From an uncultured Vicinamibacteraceae bacterium (GTDB taxonomy: Bacteria; Acidobacteriota; Vicinamibacteria; Vicinamibacterales; UBA8438), in contig CAZYFH010000017.1 of the NCBI GenBank assembly GCA_964646815.1, positions 2,624-66,623 of the forward strand: a stretch of 64,000 nucleotides of DNA, written 5' to 3'. Position 1 is the stretch's first letter, and each line of letters starts with the position of its first letter. A model generated the notes under the pieces. That model searched no databases. It was given only the letters and a program-made list of their open reading frames with translations, and had not been told where the DNA came from. Both the position numbers and the translations under genes were made by a program. Shown in pieces: positions 9,795 to 19,533 of this stretch.

Positions 9795-10616
9795 TTACTG
9801 ACTCATCAGCCAGCGGACCGGCGCGCTGAGGTCATGCGGCTGGCATTCGGGTCCGACGATCATGACCCGCTCCCACGGCTCGACCTTCGCGAGCAGCTCG
9901 GCCCGTTGGGCGTCGAGGTCCCCGCCTTGCGCGCTAACTCCGTAGACACGACTGGGGAACGTGTCCTCGTTCGTCCAGAGATACTGGTGCAACAGTGGCA
10001 GCGTCTGCGCGAGCCAGTAATTCGGCGGCAGATGGCGATCGGCCGCACGGTCCCACGCGGAGACGAGCACCGAGACGGGACAGCGTTCGACCTGGAACGG
10101 CGGGCGACCGAGCGCCTGAAGCATCTCGACGAGCTGGACCTGGGTTCCGGCCATCTGCGGCCGCCAGGCTCGCGCCGAGCCGCCACCACCTATACCGGCT
10201 GGAGGCTCGCCGTCGATCACGGGGGTGCTATCGACCGTCAAGGGGTTGATGAACAGCAGTACCCCTAGTGCGCCCCGCGCGAGCGTGAGATAGTCGCCGC
10301 TCGCCCGCCCGAGCTCCCACTGGTCGGTGAAAGACTCACCGGCCGGATCGGGCACGATCAGCTCCGTCGCCGCACTCCCATCGGCCTCGATCAGCCGCAT
10401 GCGGACCACTACCTCCTGGCCTCGACGTGTCCGCTCGATCGGTTGGCAGCTGCCCCAAGCATCGCGGATGCGATTGAGATAGCCCTGGTCACCGTGGACC
10501 TCGGACAACCGCAACGCGCCGGGCACCTGCCCGCTTTCGAGGACATGCCACAGCGCAGCGAGAAAGGTGGTCTTCCCGGCCGCGGGCAACCCGATCACGA
10601 GCTGTTTACGGTCCAT
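9795..10616 (-). CDS. P-loop GTPase (TRAFAC-like; double-GTPase 2 type)
   Basis: 273 aa. Walker A VIGLPAAGKTTFL, Walker B LIVPDPAGESF, SAWD in the NKxD position. The start overlaps the upstream GTPase gene by 11 nt. Confidence 0.7.
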   Translation of the reverse strand: MDRKQLVIGLPAAGKTTFLAALWHVLESGQVPGALRLSEVHGDQGYLNRIRDAWGSCQPIERTRRGQEVVVRMRLIEADGSAATELIVPDPAGESFTDQWELGRASGDYLTLARGALGVLLFINPLTVDSTPVIDGEPPAGIGGGGSARAWRPQMAGTQVQLVEMLQALGRPPFQVERCPVSVLVSAWDRAADRHLPPNYWLAQTLPLLHQYLWTNEDTFPSRVYGVSAQGGDLDAQRAELLAKVEPWERVMIVGPECQPHDLSAPVRWLMSQ

Positions 10617-11577
10617 CGCTCAGCGTCTGGGACGGCTGCGCGGTGGGAGGACCGGCGTCCCTCGACCCAGTGCTGGCGATGGCCGGTGGCGACCGGAACC
10701 GATCGATCTCGCGATGTACCAGCGGGACGCCGAGCGAGACAGTCTGTTGCGGACTGACGCCGCCGTCCTCGACCCACGCAGGCAACAGCTCGGCGAGTCC
10801 GTACCCCGGCGGGAGTGTGCTGCCGGGTGCCGGACGCGCGGCCGTCCGTCCGAAGCGCAGCGTGGCGACGCGGGCCGTGAAGTCATCGCGGAGCCGGTGC
10901 GAGAGTCGATCCAGCCTTGCGGTTACATCGGCTCGCGTGGTTAGGGCGAGCGCTTCGACGGCGTCCCACTTCGTCACCACGATGTCGATCCGGCCACCGG
11001 GACCGACCATGCCAATATCACACGCGCGGCGAAGGAAGTCGCGCACCGCCGCGGTCACCGCAAACCGGCGCGTCGGATCGGCCAACTGCGCGCCATCGAC
11101 GCCGAGGACAAGTCGATCTGCGCGTTTGAGCACGCCCAGACGCGCCATCGCCTCGGAGGAGTCCTTAGCCTGCTGGAACGAGATGCCATCGATCTCCGTC
11201 AGCAGTAGGTCGCGCGACGGTGCCGCCAGATCCGCCCGCCGAACGCGGAGGTGCAGCAAGACAGGCGGCAGGGTCGGCGGCGTCGGCTCCAGACCTGGCC
11301 CGGCCAGGCCCGACCCGACACGTGCATGGTGGCATCGTTGCTCGAACCCAACGAGAGTCTCTGAGCCGGCGAAGCAGTACTCGCCAAACGCGGGCACACG
11401 CAGAAAGCGCTCGTAGAGACCGGTCAACAGGCTGGTCGTCCCACAACCGCTCGGTGCGCCGATCACGACCACCCGCGTCAACCGAGCGGCGGTGATGCAG
11501 GCGGCACTCGCCGGATCGAGGTCGACCGAGCGCGGGAGCTCGACGAACCCACCGGCTGGACGACCGCAATCAGTCAT
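10606..11577 (-). CDS. P-loop GTPase-like protein (double-GTPase 1 type) with a non-canonical Walker A
   Basis: 323 aa. VVVIGAPSGCGTTSLL is P-loop-like, with Thr where Lys is expected. IVVTKWD resembles the [NT]KxD motif. The start is 4 nt after the stop of the upstream helical-protein gene. Confidence 0.65.
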   Translation of the reverse strand: MTDCGRPAGGFVELPRSVDLDPASAACITAARLTRVVVIGAPSGCGTTSLLTGLYERFLRVPAFGEYCFAGSETLVGFEQRCHHARVGSGLAGPGLEPTPPTLPPVLLHLRVRRADLAAPSRDLLLTEIDGISFQQAKDSSEAMARLGVLKRADRLVLGVDGAQLADPTRRFAVTAAVRDFLRRACDIGMVGPGGRIDIVVTKWDAVEALALTTRADVTARLDRLSHRLRDDFTARVATLRFGRTAARPAPGSTLPPGYGLAELLPAWVEDGGVSPQQTVSLGVPLVHREIDRFRSPPAIASTGSRDAGPPTAQPSQTLSDGP

Positions 11578-11581
11578 GCCG

Positions 11582-12703
11582 TCATACGCGCGCGGGGATC
11601 AGGGAGACCAAGAGGTGCTCGTAGTATGACTGGAGCGCTAGGTCGATCGGGTCGCGCGCGATGCACGTGCTGATGCCTGTCAATTCCTCGACAGCTTCGA
11701 CCCACGCGTCCGGTGTGCGGACCTCGCTCGCCCGCTGAGCGGCGATCAAGGTCGGGCACAGGTCCCCATGGAAGGCAACGACGTCACTGGCAGACCAGAC
11801 TGCGAGCCAGTCCCCCGGGACCTGCTGGATGGCGTCGGCCAGCGTCACGCGCATTCGTGTGCCAGTTGCCGTACCACGCAGCACGCGATCCAGGATGGCT
11901 CGGGCCGAGACTGGTCCCGGCGGGACGGTGACCAGCGCGGCGAGCTCCTTGGCGGCGATCAAGGGCGCCGCGCTCGCTTCGATATCGTCGAACGATCGCT
12001 GAAGCTCGCGGCTATAGCCGGAGAACGCCCACCAGAAGATGTCGCACTCCTCACCGAGCAGTTTCAGACGCTGATTAAGGGCACCGACCGCACCGGCCGC
12101 CGACTCCCCGAACGCCGAGAGTGCCGCAACCGTTTCACGGATCGTCTCTCCTGCGGCCGACGCGTCGATGGTGCTGCGCGGCTGCAGCTCGATCCGGCCC
12201 TCGGGTGTGTAGGTCACGAGATAGTGCTTGGTCGCCCTCCCCAGGTCTGGTGCGTTGAGCTCGACCTCGCGAGTCATGGCATGCAGTGCGGCCGAGCGTT
12301 CGAGCAGATACTGTCGTGCGCGGTCGACGAAGAAGGGGAACGACTCCATCCGCCGACTCCCAGAGTAGTCGGCGCACAGCATCGCGAGCGCGGCCACATC
12401 GGCGCGCCTGCCCCGGCCCTGCTCGATTACGGCGCCGGCGACCGACCCGGCCAAAAGGGAAACTTCGAGGTCGTTGCCGTGCATCGCGAAGGCCGCGTCC
12501 GCCGCCTTGAACGGTTCGCGGAACGCCTCGTCGAAGCCCGCGCTCCTCGAGGACAGCCCGTGGAACAAGCGGACTGTGTCGAGCACCGTGCCGATCGTCG
12601 GCGCCTCGATGAAAGCCTCGATCGCGGTCCACCGCTTCGTCAGCAGATCGGTGCTCGGCTCGACCCCTGCAGCGCGATACCAATCCGCGAAACTCTTGTG
12701 CAT
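11582..12703 (-). CDS. All-helical protein, GASH-like (GTPase-associated system helical protein)
   Basis: Trimmed from track ORF 11582..12919 to the ATG at 12703 (MHKSFADWYRAAGVEPSTDLLTKRWTAIEAF...), because the extension overlaps the divergent gene and is Arg-rich. The composition is helix-rich with no other motif. The assignment rests on position as first gene of the double-GTPase/GAP1 operon. Confidence 0.55.
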   Translation of the reverse strand: MHKSFADWYRAAGVEPSTDLLTKRWTAIEAFIEAPTIGTVLDTVRLFHGLSSRSAGFDEAFREPFKAADAAFAMHGNDLEVSLLAGSVAGAVIEQGRGRRADVAALAMLCADYSGSRRMESFPFFVDRARQYLLERSAALHAMTREVELNAPDLGRATKHYLVTYTPEGRIELQPRSTIDASAAGETIRETVAALSAFGESAAGAVGALNQRLKLLGEECDIFWWAFSGYSRELQRSFDDIEASAAPLIAAKELAALVTVPPGPVSARAILDRVLRGTATGTRMRVTLADAIQQVPGDWLAVWSASDVVAFHGDLCPTLIAAQRASEVRTPDAWVEAVEELTGISTCIARDPIDLALQSYYEHLLVSLIPARV

Positions 12704-12810
12704 CGGGCCGCAGTATAGCAGCGGTCTGGCCACCGTTCGGTCGTCCGCGAGGTCAATGGCGCGACCGCACGACCGTTCTATAATCGGACTCTCCACGTAC
12801 CCGTAGACCG

Positions 12811-14163
12811 ATGCGAACCCAGGCGCTCGTCGCTCTCGTCGCGTCCCTTCCCCTCGTCGCGTCCGCGCAGCCGATCGCCCCCGAAGGGGAATGGCCGTCG
12901 TTCCGCGGGCCGCACGCAAGCGGCGTGTCCGACGGGCAGCAGCTGCCCGATGCGTGGGATGTGGAGGGCGGCGCCAACATCCGCTGGACTACGGCGATTC
13001 CCGGCCTCGGGCACTCGAGTCCGATCGTCTGGGGAAACCGCGTGTTCGTGACCTCCGCCGTCAGTGGCGACCCGGCGGCGTCCTTCAAGCCTGGGCTCTA
13101 TGGTGTAGGGACATCGTCAACGGACCGCACGCCGCACCGCTGGTGGGTGTACGCGCTCGACACCCGGACGGGCGACCTGGTCTGGGAGGCGCTCGCGGCC
13201 GAGGCGGCGCCCATCGACAAACGACACCTCAAGAACACGCACGCGAGCTCGACGCCGGTGACCGACGGGCGCTACCTGGTGGCGTTTTTCGGGTCCCAGG
13301 GGCTCTACGCCTTTGATATGGAAGGGACGCTAGCGTGGTCGAAGGAGCTGGGGCGGCTCGACACCGGCGCGTACGACGTGCCCGAGTATGAGTGGGGCAC
13401 AGCGAGCTCACCGATCATCTTCGACGATCTCGTTATCGTGCAGTGCGACACACAAGGCGACTCATTCCTGATCGCAGTCGATATCCGTTCGGGCGAAACG
13501 ATCTGGCGCGCCGCACGCGACGAGTTGCCGTCGTGGGGGACACCGACGATCTACGAGCGCAAAACGCGAGTCGAGCTGGTCACGAACGGGTCCAACCACA
13601 TTCGCGGCTATGACCCGCGCACCGGCCGTGAACTGTGGCGGCTCGGCCGAAGCTCGAAAATCACCGCGCCGACCCCGGTGGGCGCGGACGATCTCATCGT
13701 CGTCGCGAGCGGGCGCGCGCCCGAGGCGCCGATCTTCGCGATCCGACCTGGCGCCACCGGCGACATCACGCTCCGGCGCGAGGAACACTCGAGCACGTTC
13801 GTCGCGTGGCATCGCGAACGCCGCGGCCCATACATACCGACACCGCTCATCTACCGAGACGTCCTCTACAGCTTGAACAACCCGGGTATTCTCGATGCGT
13901 ACGACGTCGTAAGCGGTGAGGAGATCTATCGGCGTCGGATCCCGCACGCCGGCTTCGGCTTCAGCGCCTCACCGGTGGCGGCCGATGGAAAGATCTATCT
14001 CGCGGGCGAGGACGGCGACATCTTCGTCATCCGCGCCGGTCCACGGTTCGCGTTGATCGCGACCAACGACATGGGCGAGCCGCTCCTAGCAACTCCCGCG
14101 CTCTCCGGCGGAACCATGTATGTTCGTGGATCCCGGCATCTGTTCGCCATCGGTCGGCACTGA
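12811..14163 (+). CDS. Secreted PQQ-like beta-propeller repeat protein (BamB-like fold)
   Basis: 450 aa. Signal peptide [20 protein letters not shown]. Repeated ...G..(V/I)W... blades, e.g. [39 protein letters not shown]. Confidence 0.85.
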   Translation: MRTQALVALVASLPLVASAQPIAPEGEWPSFRGPHASGVSDGQQLPDAWDVEGGANIRWTTAIPGLGHSSPIVWGNRVFVTSAVSGDPAASFKPGLYGVGTSSTDRTPHRWWVYALDTRTGDLVWEALAAEAAPIDKRHLKNTHASSTPVTDGRYLVAFFGSQGLYAFDMEGTLAWSKELGRLDTGAYDVPEYEWGTASSPIIFDDLVIVQCDTQGDSFLIAVDIRSGETIWRAARDELPSWGTPTIYERKTRVELVTNGSNHIRGYDPRTGRELWRLGRSSKITAPTPVGADDLIVVASGRAPEAPIFAIRPGATGDITLRREEHSSTFVAWHRERRGPYIPTPLIYRDVLYSLNNPGILDAYDVVSGEEIYRRRIPHAGFGFSASPVAADGKIYLAGEDGDIFVIRAGPRFALIATNDMGEPLLATPALSGGTMYVRGSRHLFAIGRH

Positions 14164-14179
14164 CTCGCGGGGGAAAGCG

Positions 14180-15019
14180 ATGCCCACGACGACGATTCGC
14201 GTGATGCCAGTGTCACCGGTCATCGGAGCCGAGATTTCCGGTGTGGACTTGCGAGAGCCACTCGACGATGCGACGCTCGCTGAACTAGAGGCCGCCTGGG
14301 GCGCACACCTGGTGCTCTTCTTTCGCGACCAGGATCTGACGTTGGACCAGCACAAGGCAGTTGGACGTCACTTCGGCGCACTGCACATTCACCCGGCGGC
14401 GCCGAAGGACGCCGAGCACCCCGAGATCCTCGTCGTCCATGGCGACGACACCGTCGACTTCGTCGCTGGCAGCCTCTGGCATTCCGACGTCTCGTGCGAC
14501 GACGACCCGCCGATGGGGAGCATCCTCCGAATCGAGCAGGTACCGTCATCGGGCGGCGACACGCTGTTCGCCAGCATGTACGCGGCGTTCGAGGCGTTGT
14601 CTGACCCGATGCAGCGTCTCCTCACCGGGCTGACGGCGGTGCACGAGGGCGAGCAGTACTACCGAGGTCGATACGACAAGGCGAACCTGCGCGACAGCGC
14701 CTACCCCACCGCGGAGCATCCGGTCATCCGGACCCATCCGGTCACCGGACGGCAAGCGCTCTACGTCAACGAGGGCTTCACCACGCGGATCAAGGAACTG
14801 TCGTCGGGCGAGAGCGAGACGCTCCTCGCCTTTCTGTTCCAGCACTGCGCGAAACCGGAGTTCCACTGCCGCTTCCAGTGGCGCAAGAACTCCATCGCGT
14901 TCTGGGACAACCGGTGCGCGCAGCACCTGGCCATCTGGGACTACTACCCAGACACCCGGCACGGCTACCGCGTGACGATCAAAGGCGACCGGCCATTCTA
15001 CCGGCCGACGCGTGACTAG
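14180..15019 (+). CDS. TauD/TfdA family Fe(II)/2-oxoglutarate dioxygenase
   Basis: ATG at 14180 (GGGGAAAG upstream) is preferred over the track start at 14120. VMPVSPVIGAEISGVDL..., WHSDVSCDDDPPMGSILRIEQVPSSGGDTLFASMY and ...FWDNRCAQHLA are typical of TauD-like enzymes. Confidence 0.9.
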   Translation: MPTTTIRVMPVSPVIGAEISGVDLREPLDDATLAELEAAWGAHLVLFFRDQDLTLDQHKAVGRHFGALHIHPAAPKDAEHPEILVVHGDDTVDFVAGSLWHSDVSCDDDPPMGSILRIEQVPSSGGDTLFASMYAAFEALSDPMQRLLTGLTAVHEGEQYYRGRYDKANLRDSAYPTAEHPVIRTHPVTGRQALYVNEGFTTRIKELSSGESETLLAFLFQHCAKPEFHCRFQWRKNSIAFWDNRCAQHLAIWDYYPDTRHGYRVTIKGDRPFYRPTRD

Positions 15020-15067
15020 TGGCCGCAAACCGGCCTGAAGGCCTGCGCTACGCGTGACGCTCCGGGG

Positions 15068-16543
15068 TTAAGAACCGGAAATCAGATTCACGCCGATGAT
15101 CGACACCGTCACGCAGAGCGCGGCGGCCACCGTCATCACGACGCCCACCTTCGCCATGTCACGAATCGAGAAGTAGCCGGCCGAATACGGCAGGACGTTG
15201 GTCGGGCTCTCGGTAACGAGGATGAACGCCAGAGACGATGTGAACGCGGCGGGTGCGGCGATGGTCCAGACGTCGAGCCCCAATACTTGGGCCAGCGCGA
15301 TGAGAATGGGCATGATGATGGTGCCGGTCACTGTGTTGCTCGAGAACAACAGGTGAAGCAACGCCACCACGAGCACGATGATGAACGGCTGCGCGGCCGC
15401 CGGCACGATACCCAGACGTCCGAGCAGCACCTGCGCCAACCAACTCGCCGCACCGGTCTCGAACACCATCACGCCCAGTGAGAGCCCCGCGACGATCAGG
15501 ATCACGCCGCCCCAGTCCATGTCCTGTTGCGCTTCCTTCCAGGTCTGCACCTCTAGACCGGGGAGAAACAGCAACAGGCCGCCGAGGAGGGCGACCGCCT
15601 GAATCGGCGGATCGATGCGCCCACCGGTGAGCTCCGCCAGCAGAGGCGTGGCCAGCCAGGTGCCGATGGTCATGCCGAAGACCATCAACGTCCAGATCTC
15701 GAGACGGCTCGGAGGGCCGAGGGCGGTCGCACGACGTGCGATGTCGTCGTCGGAGAGTGGCAGCCGCGCTAGTTCCGACGGAAACGCCCACAACAGAATC
15801 CACCAGCCGAGCGGGATCATGAGGAGTGACGCCGGCACGCCGTACGCCATCCAACGGAGGAAGGAGATCTCGAGGTCAGCCAGTTCCCGGAGGTAACCGA
15901 CCGCCGCAAGGTTGGCGCCTGTGCCTGCCGGCGTCGCGATGCCGCCGATCAGCGGCCCGAACGCACAAGCGATCATCAGCGAGCGTCCGAAGTTGCTTTT
16001 GCGTGGCTTCAGACCAGCGTCGCGCAGCACGCCGACGCCGAGGGGTAACAGCAGGGCGGCGACGGCCATATCGGTAATCCACATCGACAGCAATGCCCCG
16101 ACGAGCAGGAACCCGAGGAGGACGCGGTCGGTGCGGGTTCCCACCGTCCGCAGCACCTGCAGCACCAGTCGGCTCCCCAGCCCCGAGCGGGTGAAGCCGG
16201 TGGAGAGGAAGAGCACTCCGATAAAGAAGGTGATGAGTGGGTTCCCGAACCCGGCTTGAACGACGGTCGCGTAGTCCGCGATCCCAAGAACGGGGATCAA
16301 CACCAGGACGAAAAGCGCCGTGACGGCGAAGGGGATTGCCTCGGTGACCCAGAGGGTGATTGCGAACGTGAGGATCGCGAGACAGGCCTTGCCGTCTCCG
16401 GTCAGCGCGACGACCTCGCCGCCCCGCACCATGGGCGCCGGGATAGGCAAGGCGTGCACAACCAGCATCAGCGCCACCGCCAGGAGCATGACGAGCGCCC
16501 CTCTTCGGGCGTGAAGCAGGTGCTGCCCTGAGCTGACCGGCAT
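15068..16543 (-). CDS. SLC13/DASS family anion:sodium symporter
   Basis: 491 aa polytopic membrane protein. LFSSNTVTGTIIMPILIALAQ and GGIATPAGTGANL hairpin motifs are characteristic of DASS permeases. Confidence 0.8.
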   Translation of the reverse strand: MPVSSGQHLLHARRGALVMLLAVALMLVVHALPIPAPMVRGGEVVALTGDGKACLAILTFAITLWVTEAIPFAVTALFVLVLIPVLGIADYATVVQAGFGNPLITFFIGVLFLSTGFTRSGLGSRLVLQVLRTVGTRTDRVLLGFLLVGALLSMWITDMAVAALLLPLGVGVLRDAGLKPRKSNFGRSLMIACAFGPLIGGIATPAGTGANLAAVGYLRELADLEISFLRWMAYGVPASLLMIPLGWWILLWAFPSELARLPLSDDDIARRATALGPPSRLEIWTLMVFGMTIGTWLATPLLAELTGGRIDPPIQAVALLGGLLLFLPGLEVQTWKEAQQDMDWGGVILIVAGLSLGVMVFETGAASWLAQVLLGRLGIVPAAAQPFIIVLVVALLHLLFSSNTVTGTIIMPILIALAQVLGLDVWTIAAPAAFTSSLAFILVTESPTNVLPYSAGYFSIRDMAKVGVVMTVAAALCVTVSIIGVNLISGS

Positions 16544-16693
16544 CGGTGGATCGAGATCCTATCGCACCCCTTCGGTTCAGCACCGCCTCAAGAATGTCTG
16601 GACGTGAGGACTGATAATAGTTGACCGACCAACTACAGATGTCTTACTCAGTTTCCTTGGACAGGACTGACCTTCCGCCCACCGCAGTGGAAC

Positions 16694-17245
16694 ATGCCCA
16701 CTGTGACAGCTAAGCATCGGGGCGCGGATACCCGGACTCGATCAGGGCTCAGCACGTTCGGAGGATTCTTCACCCCGAGCGTGTTCACGATCCTCGTCCT
16801 CATCTTGCTCCTTCGCCTCGGATACGTCGTCGGGAGCAGCGGGCTTGTCCGCGGCCTCCTCATGCTGGTCCTGGCCACGCTCATCTCGGTGCTGACCAGC
16901 CTCTCCCTCTCGGCGATCGCCACGAACCGCAAGCTTCGGAGCGGCGGCGACTACTACCTAATCTCGCGCAGCCTCGGGGTCGAATACGGCAGCGCGATCG
17001 GCCTGATTCTCTACGTCGCTCAGACGATCTCGGTAGCGCTCTACTGCGTCGACTTCGGCGAAGGGGTGGTGCAGCTCTCGGCGACCGGCGCGCCGATTGG
17101 ACTGTTCGCGCTCGCCTATGTCGGCGCTGGCCCGCGCGGCAATCCTCGACGCCCAACCGGGCGCGAGGCGTTGTCAACCCACGTGAACTCCGGAGTTAAG
17201 ATCTCACTGACAGGTGTGCCGCCGCGCGGCACCTGCCCCCCATGA
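16694..17245 (+). pseudogene. N-terminal fragment (~125 codons) of an APC/SLC12-type cation-chloride or amino-acid permease
   Basis: LSTFGGFFTPSVFTILVLILLLRLGYVVGSSGL...SLSAIATNRKLRSGGDYYLISRSLGVEYGSAIGLILYVAQTISVALY matches only the first three or four helices of a family that normally has >600 aa. The reading frame then degenerates and runs into the ppk1 start. Confidence 0.65.
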
Positions 17246-19365
17246 CGAGCCCAACGAAGCCGATCCTGCCCATCCGCGACATCACCCCGCCACCAGGACC
17301 GAAATCGACCGACCTCACGGAACCCGCGCTGTTCATCAACCGGGAGCTGAGCTGGCTCGAGTTCAACCAGCGCGTCCTGCTCCAAGCCCAAGATGATCGG
17401 CACGCGTTACTCGAGCGCGTCAAGTTCGTTTCGATCGTGGCGACGAACCTCGACGAGTTCTTCATGGTGCGGATCGCGACGCTGCTCCGCAAGCTGCGGG
17501 GCGACGTCGAGGATCTCTCGCCCGACGGCCTAAATACCGTTCAACAGCTCGACGCGATACGTGTGCGAACGGGCCGGATGATGGACACCCTGGCCGCGTG
17601 CTGGTCCGACACGCTCCGCCCCCTGCTGGCAGCGGAAAATATCCGCATCCTTGACCGAGTGGACTACACGCTCACCGTCGAGGCGTATCTGCGCCAGCAC
17701 TTTCAGCGCAACGTTTACCCGGTGCTCACCCCGCTGGCGTTCGACCCTGGGCGCCCGTTTCCGTTCATCTCCAACCTCAGCATGAACCTCGCGGTGGTCG
17801 TCGAGCACAACGGAAGCACCCGGTTCGCCCGCGTAAAGCTGCCGGACGTCCTTTCACGCTTCGTGTCGATCCCGAGCGACGTCGTGGCGCAGTCGGGTGA
17901 ATCATTCGCGTTTCTCGAGGACGTCGTCACGCTCAATATCGGCACCCTGTTTCCAGGCGCCACCGTCCGAGGTGCGCATCTCTTCCGGATCATCCGGGAC
18001 ACCGACATGGTGATTCAAGAGGATGAGGCGGACGACGTACTCGAGTCGGTCGACCGCACGTTGAAGGAGCTGCGTTACGGTGACCTGTCAGAGCTGCTCG
18101 TCGATACGAGCATGCCGCCCCACGTGCTCAGCATCCTGATCGAGAACTTCGAGATCGAGGAGGACGTCGTCGCGCGTACGTCGGGCCGAATGGGGTACGG
18201 CGACTGGAGCGAGCTCAGTCGGCTCCATCGCCCGAAGCTCAAGGACCCGCCGTTCTCGCCACCGGCCCTCTGGACCGACAAGGACGCGATCTTCGACGCC
18301 ATCCGTGAAGACGACCACCTGGTGCACCACCCGTTCGAGTCGTTTGTGTCGGTCGAGGCGTTCCTGCGCGCGGCGGTCCACGACCCGCAGGTCATCGCCA
18401 TCAAGATCACGCTCTACCGAATTGGGGCGAACTCACCGTTGGTCGACCTGCTCATCGAGGCCGCTGATGCCGGGAAGCAGGTGGCTGTCCTCGTCGAACT
18501 GATGGCGCGCTTCGACGAGCGCAACAACCTCGAGTGGGCGAACCGGCTGGAGTCGGCTGGCGTGCACGTGGTGTATGGCCTGGTCAACCTCAAGACACAC
18601 TGCAAGCTCTGCCTCGTGGTCCGCCAAGAGCACGACGGCATCGTTCGTTACGCACACCTCGGTACCGGCAACTACAACCGTGCCACGTCACAGGTGTACA
18701 CCGACTTCGGGCTCTTCACGGCCCGGCCGGTCATCGTCGACGAGATCACCGAGGTCTTCAACTACCTGACGGGCTATTCGAACAAGCGGGACTACCGCGA
18801 ACTGCTCGTCTCGCCGCTGCAGCTCCGTGCCGCGTTCACGCGCCTCGTCGAGCGCGAGGCCGAGCATGCGCGGCAGCGACGCCCGGCGAGAATCGTCATC
18901 AAGAACAACTCGGTGGCCGACCCCGAGATGGTACGAGTACTGTATCGGGCGTCGCAGGCCGGCGTGTCGATCGACATGATCGTGCGGGGTGTCTGCTGCC
19001 TGCGCCCAGGCATTTCAGGCGTCAGCGACAACATCCGCGTCCGATCGGTTGTCGGGCGCTTCCTCGAACACTCCCGACTCTATTACTTCGAGAACGCCGG
19101 CCACCCGGACGTCCTGATCGGGAGTGCCGACCTGATGGAACGTAACCTCGATCGGCGGGTCGAGGTCCTGTGTTACGTGCGCGACGCCGACCTGCGGGTC
19201 CATCTCCGAGACGTCGTGCTTGAGACGCTGCTGGCTGACACCGATCGCGCGATGGTGCTCCAGACCGACGGGACGTATCGGCCGGTCACCGGCCAGCCCG
19301 GCGCCGAGCCCATCAACGCCCAGGAAGCGCTCCTGCGGTGGTATACGGAGCGCACCGACGACTAG
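17242..19365 (+). CDS. ppk1: Polyphosphate kinase 1
   Basis: 707 aa. ...FINRELSWLEFNQRVL..., ...FVSIVATNLDEFFMVR..., ...HCKLCLVVRQE...YAHLGTGNYN..., ...VGRFLEHSRLYYF... are PPK1 N, H and C1/C2 domain signatures. Confidence 0.95.
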   Translation: MTSPTKPILPIRDITPPPGPKSTDLTEPALFINRELSWLEFNQRVLLQAQDDRHALLERVKFVSIVATNLDEFFMVRIATLLRKLRGDVEDLSPDGLNTVQQLDAIRVRTGRMMDTLAACWSDTLRPLLAAENIRILDRVDYTLTVEAYLRQHFQRNVYPVLTPLAFDPGRPFPFISNLSMNLAVVVEHNGSTRFARVKLPDVLSRFVSIPSDVVAQSGESFAFLEDVVTLNIGTLFPGATVRGAHLFRIIRDTDMVIQEDEADDVLESVDRTLKELRYGDLSELLVDTSMPPHVLSILIENFEIEEDVVARTSGRMGYGDWSELSRLHRPKLKDPPFSPPALWTDKDAIFDAIREDDHLVHHPFESFVSVEAFLRAAVHDPQVIAIKITLYRIGANSPLVDLLIEAADAGKQVAVLVELMARFDERNNLEWANRLESAGVHVVYGLVNLKTHCKLCLVVRQEHDGIVRYAHLGTGNYNRATSQVYTDFGLFTARPVIVDEITEVFNYLTGYSNKRDYRELLVSPLQLRAAFTRLVEREAEHARQRRPARIVIKNNSVADPEMVRVLYRASQAGVSIDMIVRGVCCLRPGISGVSDNIRVRSVVGRFLEHSRLYYFENAGHPDVLIGSADLMERNLDRRVEVLCYVRDADLRVHLRDVVLETLLADTDRAMVLQTDGTYRPVTGQPGAEPINAQEALLRWYTERTDD

Positions 19366-19533
19366 TGGTCGGTGACACCAACACGCTTTACAGCAAGGTC
19401 ACCAAAAAGTACCAGCAGAACGGCGAGAACACCGTTGAGACTCGACGTCTGGAACGAGAACCAAGCCCGGCTGGGAACCGGCCAGCCACGAGACGGTAGA
19501 TTTATCGAGCTACGCAATGCGAGGGTATAGACG

